A model generated the notes under the pieces. It was not told the DNA's origin. It searched no databases and saw only the letters and a program-made list of their open reading frames with translations. Shown piece after piece: positions 25,870-34,427 of a stretch of DNA of 36,077 bases. Numbering within the stretch: the stretch's first letter is position 1; each line of letters opens with the position of its first letter. A program made the translations under genes and the position numbers. Source of the stretch: a virus (Duplodnaviria; Caudoviricetes); the IMG/VR virus record IMGVR_UViG_3300043436_003045, positions 1-36,077 of that record, one strand, 5' to 3'.

Positions 25870-26594
25870 CAGTGCACTCCCTCGAAGTCGACGCCCTGGG
25901 CCGCGGGCTTGCCAGCGGTGGCCTCCACGGCGCGGCGCACCCAGTTGCGCCACGTGGCTGGCCAGTCGGTCTTCACGCCCTTCTGCCCGGGCTGTGCGGC
26001 CCAGTAGTCGCGGAACTTCTCCAACTCGGCGGCGGCCCTGCCGTTGCGCAGGCCCAGGCTCTCTGCGAAGGCCATGTGCACCGGTTCAGGGGTCCAGCCT
26101 TGGGGGAGGCGCGAACCCTTCGCGCTCACCCTCTGTACCTTGGGTACAAGAGTGGTGTCTGGTGTCTGGTGTCTGGGGACGGGCGCGCGGTGTATATCGT
26201 CCGTAATACGTTCGTATGCCGGTCGTACCGACTCCGTACTGCCTTCGTTGTGCGTTGGCAGTGCCTCGGCATCACGCTTCGCCCACCGCTTCGATACGCT
26301 GTCCCGGGCCTTCTGGCTCTTGTCGCGATACCGCTGGATCTCAGCATCGCAGCGCTTGTGATGCCAGCCATCGGCCTCCAGCACGAAGAACTCCTCCAGC
26401 ACCGTCTGCACGGCCTGCTGCTCCTCTTTCGAGCGAGCACGGACGAAGCGCTGAAGCGCCTTCAGGTCAGCGCACAGCGGCGCCTCGGTGTCGTAGTAGC
26501 GGCGCAGCAGGCGGCCATACATCCCGTCTTCGCAGCCGGTCAGGTGCGCTGTGGCCTTGTCGTAGTCGCCGACGTGCAGCTCGAAGTAGTTCAC
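25869..26594 (-). CDS. Replication initiator, YdaU/DUF1376-type (241 aa)
   Basis: GTG 26594. N-terminal NYFELHVGDY...HLT..EDGMY.RLL..YY and GWHHKRCDAEI. C-terminal EKFRDYW...DWPATWRNW. Confidence 0.85.
   Translation of the reverse strand: MNYFELHVGDYDKATAHLTGCEDGMYGRLLRRYYDTEAPLCADLKALQRFVRARSKEEQQAVQTVLEEFFVLEADGWHHKRCDAEIQRYRDKSQKARDSVSKRWAKRDAEALPTHNEGSTESVRPAYERITDDIHRAPVPRHQTPDTTLVPKVQRVSAKGSRLPQGWTPEPVHMAFAESLGLRNGRAAAELEKFRDYWAAQPGQKGVKTDWPATWRNWVRRAVEATAGKPAAQGVDFEGVH
26151..26250. repeat. Putative replication origin (iteron-like repeats inside the initiator gene)
   Basis: CGTA at 26202, 26213, 26224 and 26235, with TGTA at 26191 and CGTT at 26246, all on an exact 11-bp period. Adjacent to (TGGTGTC)x3. 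Confidence 0.55.
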
Positions 26595-27391
26595 GCAACC
26601 ACCCCGAACATCACATCCCAGAACCAAGCCTGATCCACGCGCCGAAGGTCCACGCGGCCCGGGTTTGCGGCGATCCATCGGCGGATGTCTTTGCGGTGGC
26701 ACAACTGCGCAGCGCGTATGCCCTGCCCCGACTTCTTCGCCGGGAGGCCGCGCCGCTCGATCCAGTCCGCCACGGTGCTGGGGTTGACGCCAAACAGTGG
26801 CGCCAGCTGCGTGGCGCTCCACCGGTCGGGGTCGGTGCGATCGATCTGCCGGCGCTTGAGCTGCACAGCGATGGCCGTGGGCGTACGCCGGTAACCGGCC
26901 TCCCGCAGCTTCTTCGCAATGACGTCCAGGCCAGCCGCCGCGTACAGCTCCAGAATCTCAAGCTCGGGCTTCATCCACGAGTCCAGGCGCGTGGTGTTGG
27001 TGCGAGTGACGCCCAGCTGTGCGGCGCGCTTCTGCACCCACCAACCCGGCCGGCCCAAGCGCTCGGCCAGCGCCTTGATGTCGCCCTTGGCCTTCGCGTG
27101 GATGTAGCCCTCGCGCACGGCCATGTCTATGTCGTCGCGCTGCGGGTAGATGCGCGCAAAGCGCTTGCCCAGCGTGCTCTGCCGAACGCCGCGCACACCC
27201 TCGGCTGCAGCCTTGGCGCGAATGGAAGCCAAGCTGCGGTGCGGCAGGCGCTGGTGCACGGCCTGCGCGCCACCGGTGCCATACAGCTCGCGGAGCACGG
27301 TCAGCTCGGTGGTCAGCCACTGGTCGCCCAGGCGAATCGTGCGCGCCGGCGCGGTATCTCCCGCGGGGATTGGTGAATCGGTGAAGGTCAC
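26591..27391 (-). CDS. Multi-HTH/Myb-like DNA-binding protein (266 aa)
   Basis: Repeated W...EL..L...Y modules and a C-terminal WSATQLAPLFGVNPSTVADWIERRGL HTH. Confidence 0.65.
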   Translation of the reverse strand: MTFTDSPIPAGDTAPARTIRLGDQWLTTELTVLRELYGTGGAQAVHQRLPHRSLASIRAKAAAEGVRGVRQSTLGKRFARIYPQRDDIDMAVREGYIHAKAKGDIKALAERLGRPGWWVQKRAAQLGVTRTNTTRLDSWMKPELEILELYAAAGLDVIAKKLREAGYRRTPTAIAVQLKRRQIDRTDPDRWSATQLAPLFGVNPSTVADWIERRGLPAKKSGQGIRAAQLCHRKDIRRWIAANPGRVDLRRVDQAWFWDVMFGVVA

Positions 27392-27394
27392 GGT

Positions 27395-27679
27395 TCAGCC
27401 CTCCCCCATCGGAGTGCTGGCAGCAACTGCAGCCCCACGATCAGCAGTCTCGCGGCCGGTGGCACCACCGGCGACCATGCCGGCATGCCCACCCAGCTCC
27501 AGAAAGTTGCAGCACTCCACGAAGCCGCGCGTGATCGTCACCGCGGGCTGCAGCTCTTTGCCGCCCAGGCGGTTGCAGGTAGTGCACATCGGCAGGGCCT
27601 TGCCGGCGCGCGGGCCTTTCTCGACGACGCCGCCGGGGCAGCCGCTGCCGGGCTGGATCTCGAAGGGGATGCGCGGCAT
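27395..27679 (-). CDS. Hypothetical Cys-rich protein (94 aa)
   Basis: In the operon with 3-nt spacing. C...CTTC...C motif. Confidence 0.5.
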   Translation of the reverse strand: MPRIPFEIQPGSGCPGGVVEKGPRAGKALPMCTTCNRLGGKELQPAVTITRGFVECCNFLELGGHAGMVAGGATGRETADRGAAVAASTPMGEG

Positions 27680-27682
27680 GGT

Positions 27683-27991
27683 TCAGGCGTCCGGGTTGAA
27701 GTGCGGCACGGCGTTGGAGACGCGCAGGGCCACCTTGGTGACGAGATCGCCGTCAGGCAGGGACCGCACGTCGCGGCTGGTGCCTGGGGCGTAGTCGACG
27801 CGGCTGTCGACGATGTTTGCGGAGCCCACCACCGAGAGGTGGGCGCAGTAGGTGCCATCGCTGCACCGGCTGACCTCGACGTGGCCGCCGGGGAACTGGA
27901 TGACGGCGGTGGTCGGCTCCGGCCGGCGCTTGTCGCCGTCGAAGGTGATCTGCACCGCATCCTGGCTGTGCGTGACTTGCGCGCGGGCCAT
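27683..27991 (-). CDS. Hypothetical protein (102 aa)
   Basis: Follows cro with 3-nt spacing and has typical codon usage. Confidence 0.65.
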   Translation of the reverse strand: MARAQVTHSQDAVQITFDGDKRRPEPTTAVIQFPGGHVEVSRCSDGTYCAHLSVVGSANIVDSRVDYAPGTSRDVRSLPDGDLVTKVALRVSNAVPHFNPDA

Positions 27992-27994
27992 GGG

Positions 27995-28213
27995 TCAGGC
28001 CGCCTGCCGCACTTCGGCTGCGGGCTCCGCGGCCGGGTCCGTCGCGGGCTTCGGCGCGTTCTGCCGTCGCCAGAGCTCGGCCAGAACCTGGGCCTCCTGC
28101 AGCCGGGTGAGCGTGTCGCCCCAGTTGTTGATGGCCTGCTTGCTGACACCGACAGCGCGGGCCAAGTCAATGGGCCGCGTGCCAAACAATGCAATTGCTT
28201 CGGTCTTGGTCAT
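27995..28213 (-). CDS. cro: Cro-like repressor (72 aa)
   Basis: MTKTEAIALFG...LARAVGVSKQAINNWG HTH, divergent from the cI-like gene. Confidence 0.85.
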   Translation of the reverse strand: MTKTEAIALFGTRPIDLARAVGVSKQAINNWGDTLTRLQEAQVLAELWRRQNAPKPATDPAAEPAAEVRQAA

Positions 28214-28219
28214 GCGCCG

Positions 28220-28260
28220 AGTATCGCAAGCCATACCGCATGAAGTCAAGCACGGTTTAC
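28220..28260 (-). promoter_or_regulatory. PR-like promoter and two 16-bp operators
   Basis: TTGACT (28249-28244) -N18- GATACT (28225-28220). Operators GTATCGCAAGCCATAC at 28221-28236 and GTCAAGCACGGTTTAC at 28245-28260. Confidence 0.7.
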
Positions 28261-28281
28261 CCCGCAGCGCATAGTCGGGCC

Positions 28282-28668
28282 ATGGCTACCGAGGCGCGCG
28301 AAGGTGCAAGCGACTACGCACGTCGCTTTGCGGAGGCTATGCGGCTCTGCGGCATAGACAAACAGACGGAGATAGCGGCGCGGATCGGTGTCACCAAAGC
28401 GACGATCAATGCGCTGCTGGGCGGGCGCAGCCGCTACCTTGACGCGCCGAACTCAGCCATTGCTGCGCGCGTGATGCAGGTCGATCACGATTGGCTTGCA
28501 ACAGGCGAAGGCGAGCCCCGGCCCTTGCTCATGCTGGAACGCATGGGGCTATCACCCAAAGCCGTGGAAATCGGCCGGCTGTTCGATCAGCTCGAAGGCA
28601 TCCGGCGCGATAGGGCCTATGCCCTCATCGTGCAGATGATCGGCTTCGACTCAGACGATCCGCGCTGA
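28282..28668 (+). CDS. CI-like repressor without S24 peptidase domain (128 aa)
   Basis: XRE HTH KQTEIAARIGVTKATINALLGG...VDHDWLATGEG, divergent from cro. ATG lies 6 nt after -10-like CATAGT. Confidence 0.8.
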   Translation: MATEAREGASDYARRFAEAMRLCGIDKQTEIAARIGVTKATINALLGGRSRYLDAPNSAIAARVMQVDHDWLATGEGEPRPLLMLERMGLSPKAVEIGRLFDQLEGIRRDRAYALIVQMIGFDSDDPR

Positions 28669-29074
28669 AGATCGCGGCCTGTCGTCTCGTCCAGGCCAGT
28701 GCCGCGTGATGGTCGGTGAAGACACCCCGCAGCACCCCGCCCTGCGCCATCAGGCGCGCATAGCCGCGCCACATCGGCAAGTCATCGGCCCGCACCAGCA
28801 GCGCGGTCGGTAGCGCAAGCCTGCGATCCCCGCGCTCCATGATCTCCAGGGCGCTCCGCATCAGCCTATCCGGCTCGATGTCCAGCCTGGCCTGCACGTA
28901 GTCGGCCATCAGGCCATCGCTGGCCCAATCCGTCACCGTGGCCTGGCAGCTTGCCAGCACGGCCGCCGCTGTGTCCGAAGTGACGATGCCCTCGGTGCGG
29001 ATGACCGCAAGGCCGCTTTCCCCCCACATCTCACATGCAGACGAGGGGCCAAACCTCCATGCCGCGCTGTTCAT
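28625..29074 (-). CDS. Accessory protein, possibly STAS/SpoIIAA-like fold (149 aa)
   Basis: ATG 29074 with AGGGAG RBS. Alpha/beta pattern ending GVFTDHHAALAW. Convergent overlap with the cI-like gene. Confidence 0.5.
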   Translation of the reverse strand: MNSAAWRFGPSSACEMWGESGLAVIRTEGIVTSDTAAAVLASCQATVTDWASDGLMADYVQARLDIEPDRLMRSALEIMERGDRRLALPTALLVRADDLPMWRGYARLMAQGGVLRGVFTDHHAALAWTRRQAAIFSADRLSRSRSSAR

Positions 29075-29177
29075 GGGTCTCCCTGTTTTTTGGTACTGAC
29101 ATTTATACCCCAACGGCGCCATGGTCTCGCCACCCTCTTCATGGGGCGGCATTTGCGTAGGTGTTTACCCTAGACCA

Positions 29178-29217
29178 GTAAACGATGCTTGACTTGTGGC
29201 GTATCGCGTCCGATACT
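29178..29217 (+). promoter_or_regulatory. PL-like promoter and two 16-bp operators
   Basis: TTGACT (29189-29194) -N17- GATACT (29212-29217). Operators GTAAACGATGCTTGAC at 29178-29193 and GTATCGCGTCCGATAC at 29201-29216, similar to the PR region. Confidence 0.75.
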
Positions 29218-29259
29218 GCTTCCCATGCGCTGCACTTCCGCGGCGCCGGGAGAGCAACA

Positions 29260-29562
29260 GTGCAAACCACCTTCGCCCCGCAGGCCCTGCAGCACGAGCT
29301 GCAGAACATTGCGAACGGCATCAAGGCACGCCGCGCCGCTGAGCAGGCCAAGGCCGCCGCCCACTACAAGCCGATGGCCGCCCAGGCCACCGAAGAGCGC
29401 CGCGCGGAGCTGCAGGCCCAGCTCGACCAGGCCCGCATCGGCTTCGATCCGGCCTACGCCTACAGCGACGACCACACCCAGTGGCGCGAGCAGCTGGCGA
29501 AGGCCCACCTGATCGGCCAGCTGCAGAGCGAGCTGGACAAGCTGCCGAAGGTGGCTTCGTGA
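29260..29562 (+). CDS. Hypothetical early protein (100 aa)
   Basis: GTG 29260 with GGGAG RBS. FDPAYAYSDDH..W motif. Confidence 0.65.
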   Translation: MQTTFAPQALQHELQNIANGIKARRAAEQAKAAAHYKPMAAQATEERRAELQAQLDQARIGFDPAYAYSDDHTQWREQLAKAHLIGQLQSELDKLPKVAS

Positions 29563-29729
29563 GCTTCCCCACCACCCGACGCTACCCGCGCACTTTGGCC
29601 GAAGCCTGGCCGCGCGAGCACGCCAACCCCATCACCTTCCACCCCGCGCCGTCGCGGGCTGTGCTGCGCGCCGCCGTGTGCGTTGCCGCCTGCGTCCTCA
29701 TCGGCCTGCTGATCGGAGCCTCGCTGTGA
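29559..29729 (+). CDS. Small membrane protein (56 aa, TTRRYPRTLAEAW...)
   Basis: GTGA overlap and a C-terminal hydrophobic helix. Confidence 0.6.
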   Translation: MSFPTTRRYPRTLAEAWPREHANPITFHPAPSRAVLRAAVCVAACVLIGLLIGASL

Positions 29730-29971
29730 TCGAGATCGAACCCACCGAGCTGCCGGCCCTGCAGCGCCAGATCGCCGACGAGCGCGCGGCCAGCCGGCGC
29801 TGGCACGACACGCATCCGCACCCGCAGCACGGCACCGAAGGCTGCGCCGACACGGGCGACGAGCCGCGCCGCCCCCCGATGACCAAGGCCGAGGGCCGCC
29901 TGGTCTTCGCCATCTTCGCCGCCTCTGCCGCCGCGGTGCTCACCGCGCTGTGGCAGGCGCTCTTCCGCTGA
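29726..29971 (+). CDS. Small membrane protein (81 aa)
   Basis: GTGA overlap and a C-terminal hydrophobic helix. Confidence 0.55.
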   Translation: MIEIEPTELPALQRQIADERAASRRWHDTHPHPQHGTEGCADTGDEPRRPPMTKAEGRLVFAIFAASAAAVLTALWQALFR

Positions 29972-29994
29972 ACCCTCACCCCACTGGAGACCCT

Positions 29995-30903
29995 GTGAAC
30001 GCACCCCACGCACTTCAACCCCTGGCCGCCGCTGTGCACGCGCAGTCGGCCAGCGAACTCGACCGCCTGCTGCAGGGCGATTACAGCCCGCGCTACATGA
30101 TGGAGGGGAACAACCTCGACAAGGCGCTGACGCTGGCCACCCAGATGGCCGAGGCCCGGCTGACGATCCCCAAGCACCTGGTGGGCAACGTCGGCGACTG
30201 CCTGGCCATCGTCACGCAGGCGATGCTGTGGAATATGAACCCCTTCGCGGTGGCGCAGAAGACGCACATCGTGAACGGGACGCTGGGCTACGAGGCGCAG
30301 CTGGTCAACGCCGTGGTGCAGAACAGCGGCGCCGTGCGCGGTGCGCCGGTCTACGAGTACCGCGGCGAGGGCAACAGCCTGGAGTGCCGCGTCGGCTTCG
30401 TGCTGCGCCGCCAGGCCAAGGTGACGTTCGGCGAGTGGCTGAGCATCAACGCGCCCACCACGAAGAACAGCCCGCTGTGGAAGACGAACCCGAAACAGCA
30501 GCTGGGCTACCTGCAGATCAAGAACTGGGCACGCGCCTACTGCCCGGGCGCCATCCTGGGCGTCTACACGGTCGACGAGCTGGCCGATGGCCTGGCTGAT
30601 GCGGCCGTCGATGCTGCGGCCACGCCCTCCCCCGCGCCGGCGCCGCGTGCGGCCGAGCTGCCCTTCTACGCCATGGCCGACTTCGAGAAGAACCTGCCGG
30701 CCTGGACGAAGCTCGTGGCCGACGGCAAGAAAACGGCGCAGGCCCTGCTGGCCACGCTGAGCACGAAGGCGCAGTTCACCGAGGAACAGAAGGCCGCTGT
30801 GCTGTCGCTGAAGCCGCGCCCGGCTGATCCGCCCCTGCCGCCGGCCGGCGCGCACGACGACTTCGTGGCCGACATGGAAGCCGCCGAAGGGGTGCAGCAA
30901 TGA
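29995..30903 (+). CDS. recT: RecT-family single-strand annealing protein (302 aa)
   Basis: GTG 29995 with GGAG RBS. IPKHL.GN.GDCLAIV.QA..W.MNPFAVAQKTH..NG.LGYEAQL and WAR.YCPGAILGVYT.DE motifs. Confidence 0.85.
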   Translation: MNAPHALQPLAAAVHAQSASELDRLLQGDYSPRYMMEGNNLDKALTLATQMAEARLTIPKHLVGNVGDCLAIVTQAMLWNMNPFAVAQKTHIVNGTLGYEAQLVNAVVQNSGAVRGAPVYEYRGEGNSLECRVGFVLRRQAKVTFGEWLSINAPTTKNSPLWKTNPKQQLGYLQIKNWARAYCPGAILGVYTVDELADGLADAAVDAAATPSPAPAPRAAELPFYAMADFEKNLPAWTKLVADGKKTAQALLATLSTKAQFTEEQKAAVLSLKPRPADPPLPPAGAHDDFVADMEAAEGVQQ

Positions 30904-32597
30904 TCACGCACCAGCTCACCCAGGGCAGCCCCGAGTGGCTGGCCTACCGCGCGCAGCACTTCAACGCCAGCGACGCGCCAGCCATGATGGGCTGCAGCCC
31001 GTACAAGACCCGCGCCGAGCTGCTGCGCGAGCTGCACACTGGCGTGGCCGCCGAGGTCGACGTGGCCACGCAGAAGCGCTTCGACAACGGCCACCGCGCC
31101 GAAGCGCTGGCCCGGCCGCTGGCCGAGAAGATCATCGGCGACGAGCTCTACCCGGTGACGGGCAGCCTGGGCCGGCTCTCGGCCAGCTTCGACGGGCTGA
31201 CGCTCGACGAGTCCGAGGGCTTCGAGCACAAGGCCCTGAACGCCGACATCCGCGCGGCCTTCGCCGTGATCGACAAGCTGGTGGGCGGCGACGACACCTA
31301 CCCCGGCCAGCAGTTGCCGCTCTACCACCGCGTGCAGATGGAGCAGCAGCTGCACATCAGCGGCGCCTCGCGCATCCTGTTCATGGCCACCGAGTGGACG
31401 GCCGAGGGCGAGCTGGTCGACGAGCGAAGCTGCTGGTACTACCCCGACGAGGTGTTGCGCGGCGAGATCCTGGCCGGCTGGGCGCAGTTCGAGCGCGACC
31501 TGGCCGCCTACGTGCTGCCCGAGGCCGCCGCGCCGGCACCGGTGGGCAAGGCCCCCGACATGCTGCCGGCCCTGCGCATCGAGGTGACCGGCGCCGTCAC
31601 CGCCAGCAACCTGGCCGAGTTCAAGGCCACGGCCCTGGGCGCGATCCGCAGCGTGAACCGCAATCTGGCCACCGATCAGGACTTCGCCGACGCCGAGAAG
31701 GCCGTGAAGTGGTGCGCCGACGTGGAGAGCCGGCTGAAGGCTGCGAAGGAGCACGCGCTCAGCCAGACCACCAGCATCGAGGCGCTGTTCCGCGCCATCG
31801 ACGAAATCAGCGGCGAGGCGCGCACCGTGCGCCTGGATCTGGACAAGCTGGTGACGCGCCGCAAGGGCGAGGTGAAGGAAGAGGCCGTCGCCAAGGCCCG
31901 CCGCGCGCTGGACCAGCACATCGCCCAGCTCAACGCCGAGATCGCGCCCACGCGCGTGCCGGTGCCGGTGGCCGACTTCGCCGGCTGCATCAAGGGCCTG
32001 AAGAGCGTGGCCAGCATGCAGGACAAGCTCGACGGTCTCCTGGCCACGGCCAAGATCGCGGCCGAGGCCGATGCGCGCGCCATCCGCGCGAACGTGGCCA
32101 CCTTCCACTCCGAGGCCGCGGGCTTCGAGTTCCTGTTCGCCGACCTGGGCCAGGTGGTGCACAAGGCAGCCGACGACTTCAAGGCGCTGGTGGTGTCGCG
32201 CATCGCCACGCACAAGGCGGCCGAGGCAGCGAAGGAGGCCAAGCGCAAGGCCGACGAGGAGGCGCGCATCGCGGCGGCTGCCGAGCAGGCCCGGCGCGAG
32301 GAAGAAGCGCGCCAGCAGGCGCTGCGGCGGCAGCAGGCCGAAGAGGCTGCGCGCCTGGCAGCCCCAGCTGTGGCCGCGGCAGCGGCGCCGGCTCCGACCC
32401 CAGCACCCGCGCCCGTGGTTGCGGCCCCTGCCCTGGCAGCCGTCAAGGAATCCTTGACAGCTGAGCCCACGCCCGCCGACACCCTGCGCGCCCTGGCCGC
32501 CGAAGCCCGCGCGAGCCGCTTCCCCACGAACCCCAAGATGGGCCCGGAGTGGTGGGCCCGCTGGTTCGCCGCCGTCGATGCGCTGGAGGTGGCGTGA
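30900..32597 (+). CDS. YqaJ/lambda-exonuclease-like protein with long C-terminal coiled coil (565 aa)
   Basis: QGSPEWLAYR...ASDA..MMG.SPYKT, ASFDG, EHK and QMEQQL motifs. Confidence 0.9.
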   Translation: MITHQLTQGSPEWLAYRAQHFNASDAPAMMGCSPYKTRAELLRELHTGVAAEVDVATQKRFDNGHRAEALARPLAEKIIGDELYPVTGSLGRLSASFDGLTLDESEGFEHKALNADIRAAFAVIDKLVGGDDTYPGQQLPLYHRVQMEQQLHISGASRILFMATEWTAEGELVDERSCWYYPDEVLRGEILAGWAQFERDLAAYVLPEAAAPAPVGKAPDMLPALRIEVTGAVTASNLAEFKATALGAIRSVNRNLATDQDFADAEKAVKWCADVESRLKAAKEHALSQTTSIEALFRAIDEISGEARTVRLDLDKLVTRRKGEVKEEAVAKARRALDQHIAQLNAEIAPTRVPVPVADFAGCIKGLKSVASMQDKLDGLLATAKIAAEADARAIRANVATFHSEAAGFEFLFADLGQVVHKAADDFKALVVSRIATHKAAEAAKEAKRKADEEARIAAAAEQARREEEARQQALRRQQAEEAARLAAPAVAAAAAPAPTPAPAPVVAAPALAAVKESLTAEPTPADTLRALAAEARASRFPTNPKMGPEWWARWFAAVDALEVA

Positions 32598-33034
32598 TGG
32601 GCCTGCGCTGCACCAAATGCGGCCGGCGCGGGCACGTCATGGAGCGCTGCACCGTTGACCTGCAAGCCGCCGCCCGCGAAGCTTGCGCGGCCATCCTGCG
32701 GGTCGCGCGTCAGTACCCGCAGGGGATTGAGCGCCGCACGCTGCTGGACGAGGCCGGCATCAAGCATGACCGGGGATTCAAGATTCTCATAGCCCTGCGC
32801 AAATCGGGCGAGGTGGTCAAGCGGCAGACCGTAGACCGGCAGACGCTGTTCACCGCAGCCGAGCACGAAGCCGAGATGCTGGCCCATGTGGAGGCAGCAG
32901 CGAAGACCGCAGCAAACAAGGCCCCCGGCCGCCAGTGGCTCGAGGGCAACACATGGACCCCGCCAGCGCCGCGAATCCCCAGCGTGTGGCACCTGGCGCA
33001 GATGGCCGCCAACGAAGAACGGAGAGCATCATGA
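32597..33034 (+). CDS. CCHC zinc-knuckle plus wHTH-like protein (145 aa)
   Basis: ATG 32597 (TGATG, GGAGG RBS). CTKCGRRGHVMERC matches C-X2-C-X4-H-X4-C. Confidence 0.65.
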   Translation: MGLRCTKCGRRGHVMERCTVDLQAAAREACAAILRVARQYPQGIERRTLLDEAGIKHDRGFKILIALRKSGEVVKRQTVDRQTLFTAAEHEAEMLAHVEAAAKTAANKAPGRQWLEGNTWTPPAPRIPSVWHLAQMAANEERRAS

Positions 33035-33384
33035 GCAAGACCGAGGCCGGGCCGGTGGCGCAAGACTGGCTGAAGGCGCGCATTGACGAAGAGATGGCGG
33101 AATACAGCGCCGGGGCCTACGCCGACCATGGGAGCGCCCGCGACCAGCTTGCGCTGTTTGCCGCTGACCTGATGCTCGCCGCCCACCCGCCCGCACAAGA
33201 GCCGGTGCCCGCTGTTGGCTGGACTGGCAACGCCGATGCAGACCTCGCGCTGATCCTGCTGGATCGTCTGGACGTGACCGTCGAAGACACGGCGCGAGTC
33301 GATCAACTGGAGGGCCTTGTGCGCAAGCTGGCCGCCACCCACCCCACGCCAGCCGAGCGCGCCACCCTGAAAGGCCAGCCATGA
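33031..33384 (+). CDS. Hypothetical protein (117 aa)
   Basis: ATGA overlap and GGAG RBS. Confidence 0.6.
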   Translation: MSKTEAGPVAQDWLKARIDEEMAEYSAGAYADHGSARDQLALFAADLMLAAHPPAQEPVPAVGWTGNADADLALILLDRLDVTVEDTARVDQLEGLVRKLAATHPTPAERATLKGQP

Positions 33385-34046
33385 AAGAGCGCCCCATCCT
33401 TTTCAGCGCGCCGATGGTGCGCGCGATCCTGGCCGGCACGAAGACGCAGACGCGCCGGGCCATGCGAGACCAGCCATGCGAGTTGCTGGACTTCAACCGA
33501 GGCGGGTTGTCGATCAGGGTGCGCGGGGCGGTGTACCAAGCATTTAGCCCGACGCTTCCGCCTGTTCGGTGCCCCTACGGCCAGCCCGGCGACCGGCTGT
33601 GGGTGCGCGAGACCTTCGCCAAGATCGACGGCCAGACGCAGCCCTGGATCGAGACCGACTACCGCGCAACCTACTCCCACGGCGACCGCTTGGGCGACAC
33701 CCTGGGCGTGAAGAAGCGTTGGACGCCGGCCATCCACATGCCACGCGCCGCCAGCCGCATCACCCTGGAGGTCGCCGGCGTGCGCGTCGAGCGGCTGCAG
33801 GACATCAGCGAGGCGGATGCCCAGGCCGAAGGCTGCACCATGAATCACAACGGCTACTTCTGGGGAGGCCCACATGCAGTCAGCGGCTTGAAGCAGATGG
33901 CCACGGCATCGTCCGCCTACCGCGATCTGTGGGAGTCGATCAACGGCCCCGGCTCCTGGGGCGCGAACCCCTGGGTGTGGGTGGTCGAGTTCAAGAAGGT
34001 CGAAGGCGGCGCAGCCATCGCCAAGACCCAAGGGAGTGCGAATTGA
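33381..34046 (+). CDS. ASCH/PUA-like phage protein (221 aa)
   Basis: MKERPILFSAPMVRAILAGTKTQTRR, CPYGQPGDRLWVRET, IHMPRAASRI.LE...VRVERLQDISE.DA.AEG and NPWVWVVEF. Confidence 0.85.
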   Translation: MKERPILFSAPMVRAILAGTKTQTRRAMRDQPCELLDFNRGGLSIRVRGAVYQAFSPTLPPVRCPYGQPGDRLWVRETFAKIDGQTQPWIETDYRATYSHGDRLGDTLGVKKRWTPAIHMPRAASRITLEVAGVRVERLQDISEADAQAEGCTMNHNGYFWGGPHAVSGLKQMATASSAYRDLWESINGPGSWGANPWVWVVEFKKVEGGAAIAKTQGSAN

Positions 34047-34255
34047 TTGCCTGGATTCTGCGTAGGCTCGGCCCGCACTACTTGGTGCACCTGCTGATCG
34101 ACGGCATGCACGCCAATGTCTTCGTGGCCGGTTCGCTGGGCAAGTTCGCGGCAGAGTCACGGGCCAAGAAGCGACGCATTGTGATCGTGGGCGCGTGGCG
34201 CGTGAGTCGGCGCGATTACTTGGCCGGCACCAGCGCAGTGGCGGCTAACGAATAG
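34043..34255 (+). CDS. Hypothetical protein (70 aa), ends inside the first attC-like site
   Basis: TTG 34043 overlaps the upstream TGA, with AGGGAG RBS. Reads ...GCT AAC GAA TAG. Confidence 0.55.
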   Translation: MIAWILRRLGPHYLVHLLIDGMHANVFVAGSLGKFAAESRAKKRRIVIVGAWRVSRRDYLAGTSAVAANE

Positions 34256-34311
34256 GTTCCGCGCGACCGTAGGCGCAGCCGTAGGGCGTCGCGCCGACCG
34301 GGCAGTTATGC
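34243..34311. other. attC-like site a (69 bp, degenerate)
   Basis: GGCTAAC...GCGCGAC/GTCGCGC stem...GTTATGC. L boxes are imperfect. Confidence 0.65.
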
Positions 34312-34427
34312 AGCGCCCTGGTGGCGCACTACAGGAGATGGAAGATGGACAGGAAAACTGCGAACAGAGAATGGCGCGACGTAACGCGCGGCGCTCCCGA
34401 AGGCGCACCGACCGGGCGCACCGTACA
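34304..34427 (+). repeat. 124-bp direct repeat, copy 1 (start of cassette A)
   Basis: Identical to 35954-36077 (offset 1650). Confidence 0.95.

Noticed and set aside
29698-32992. Long minus-strand ORFs over recT and the exonuclease
   Set aside because: Same shadow effect; the + strand genes have clear family motifs.
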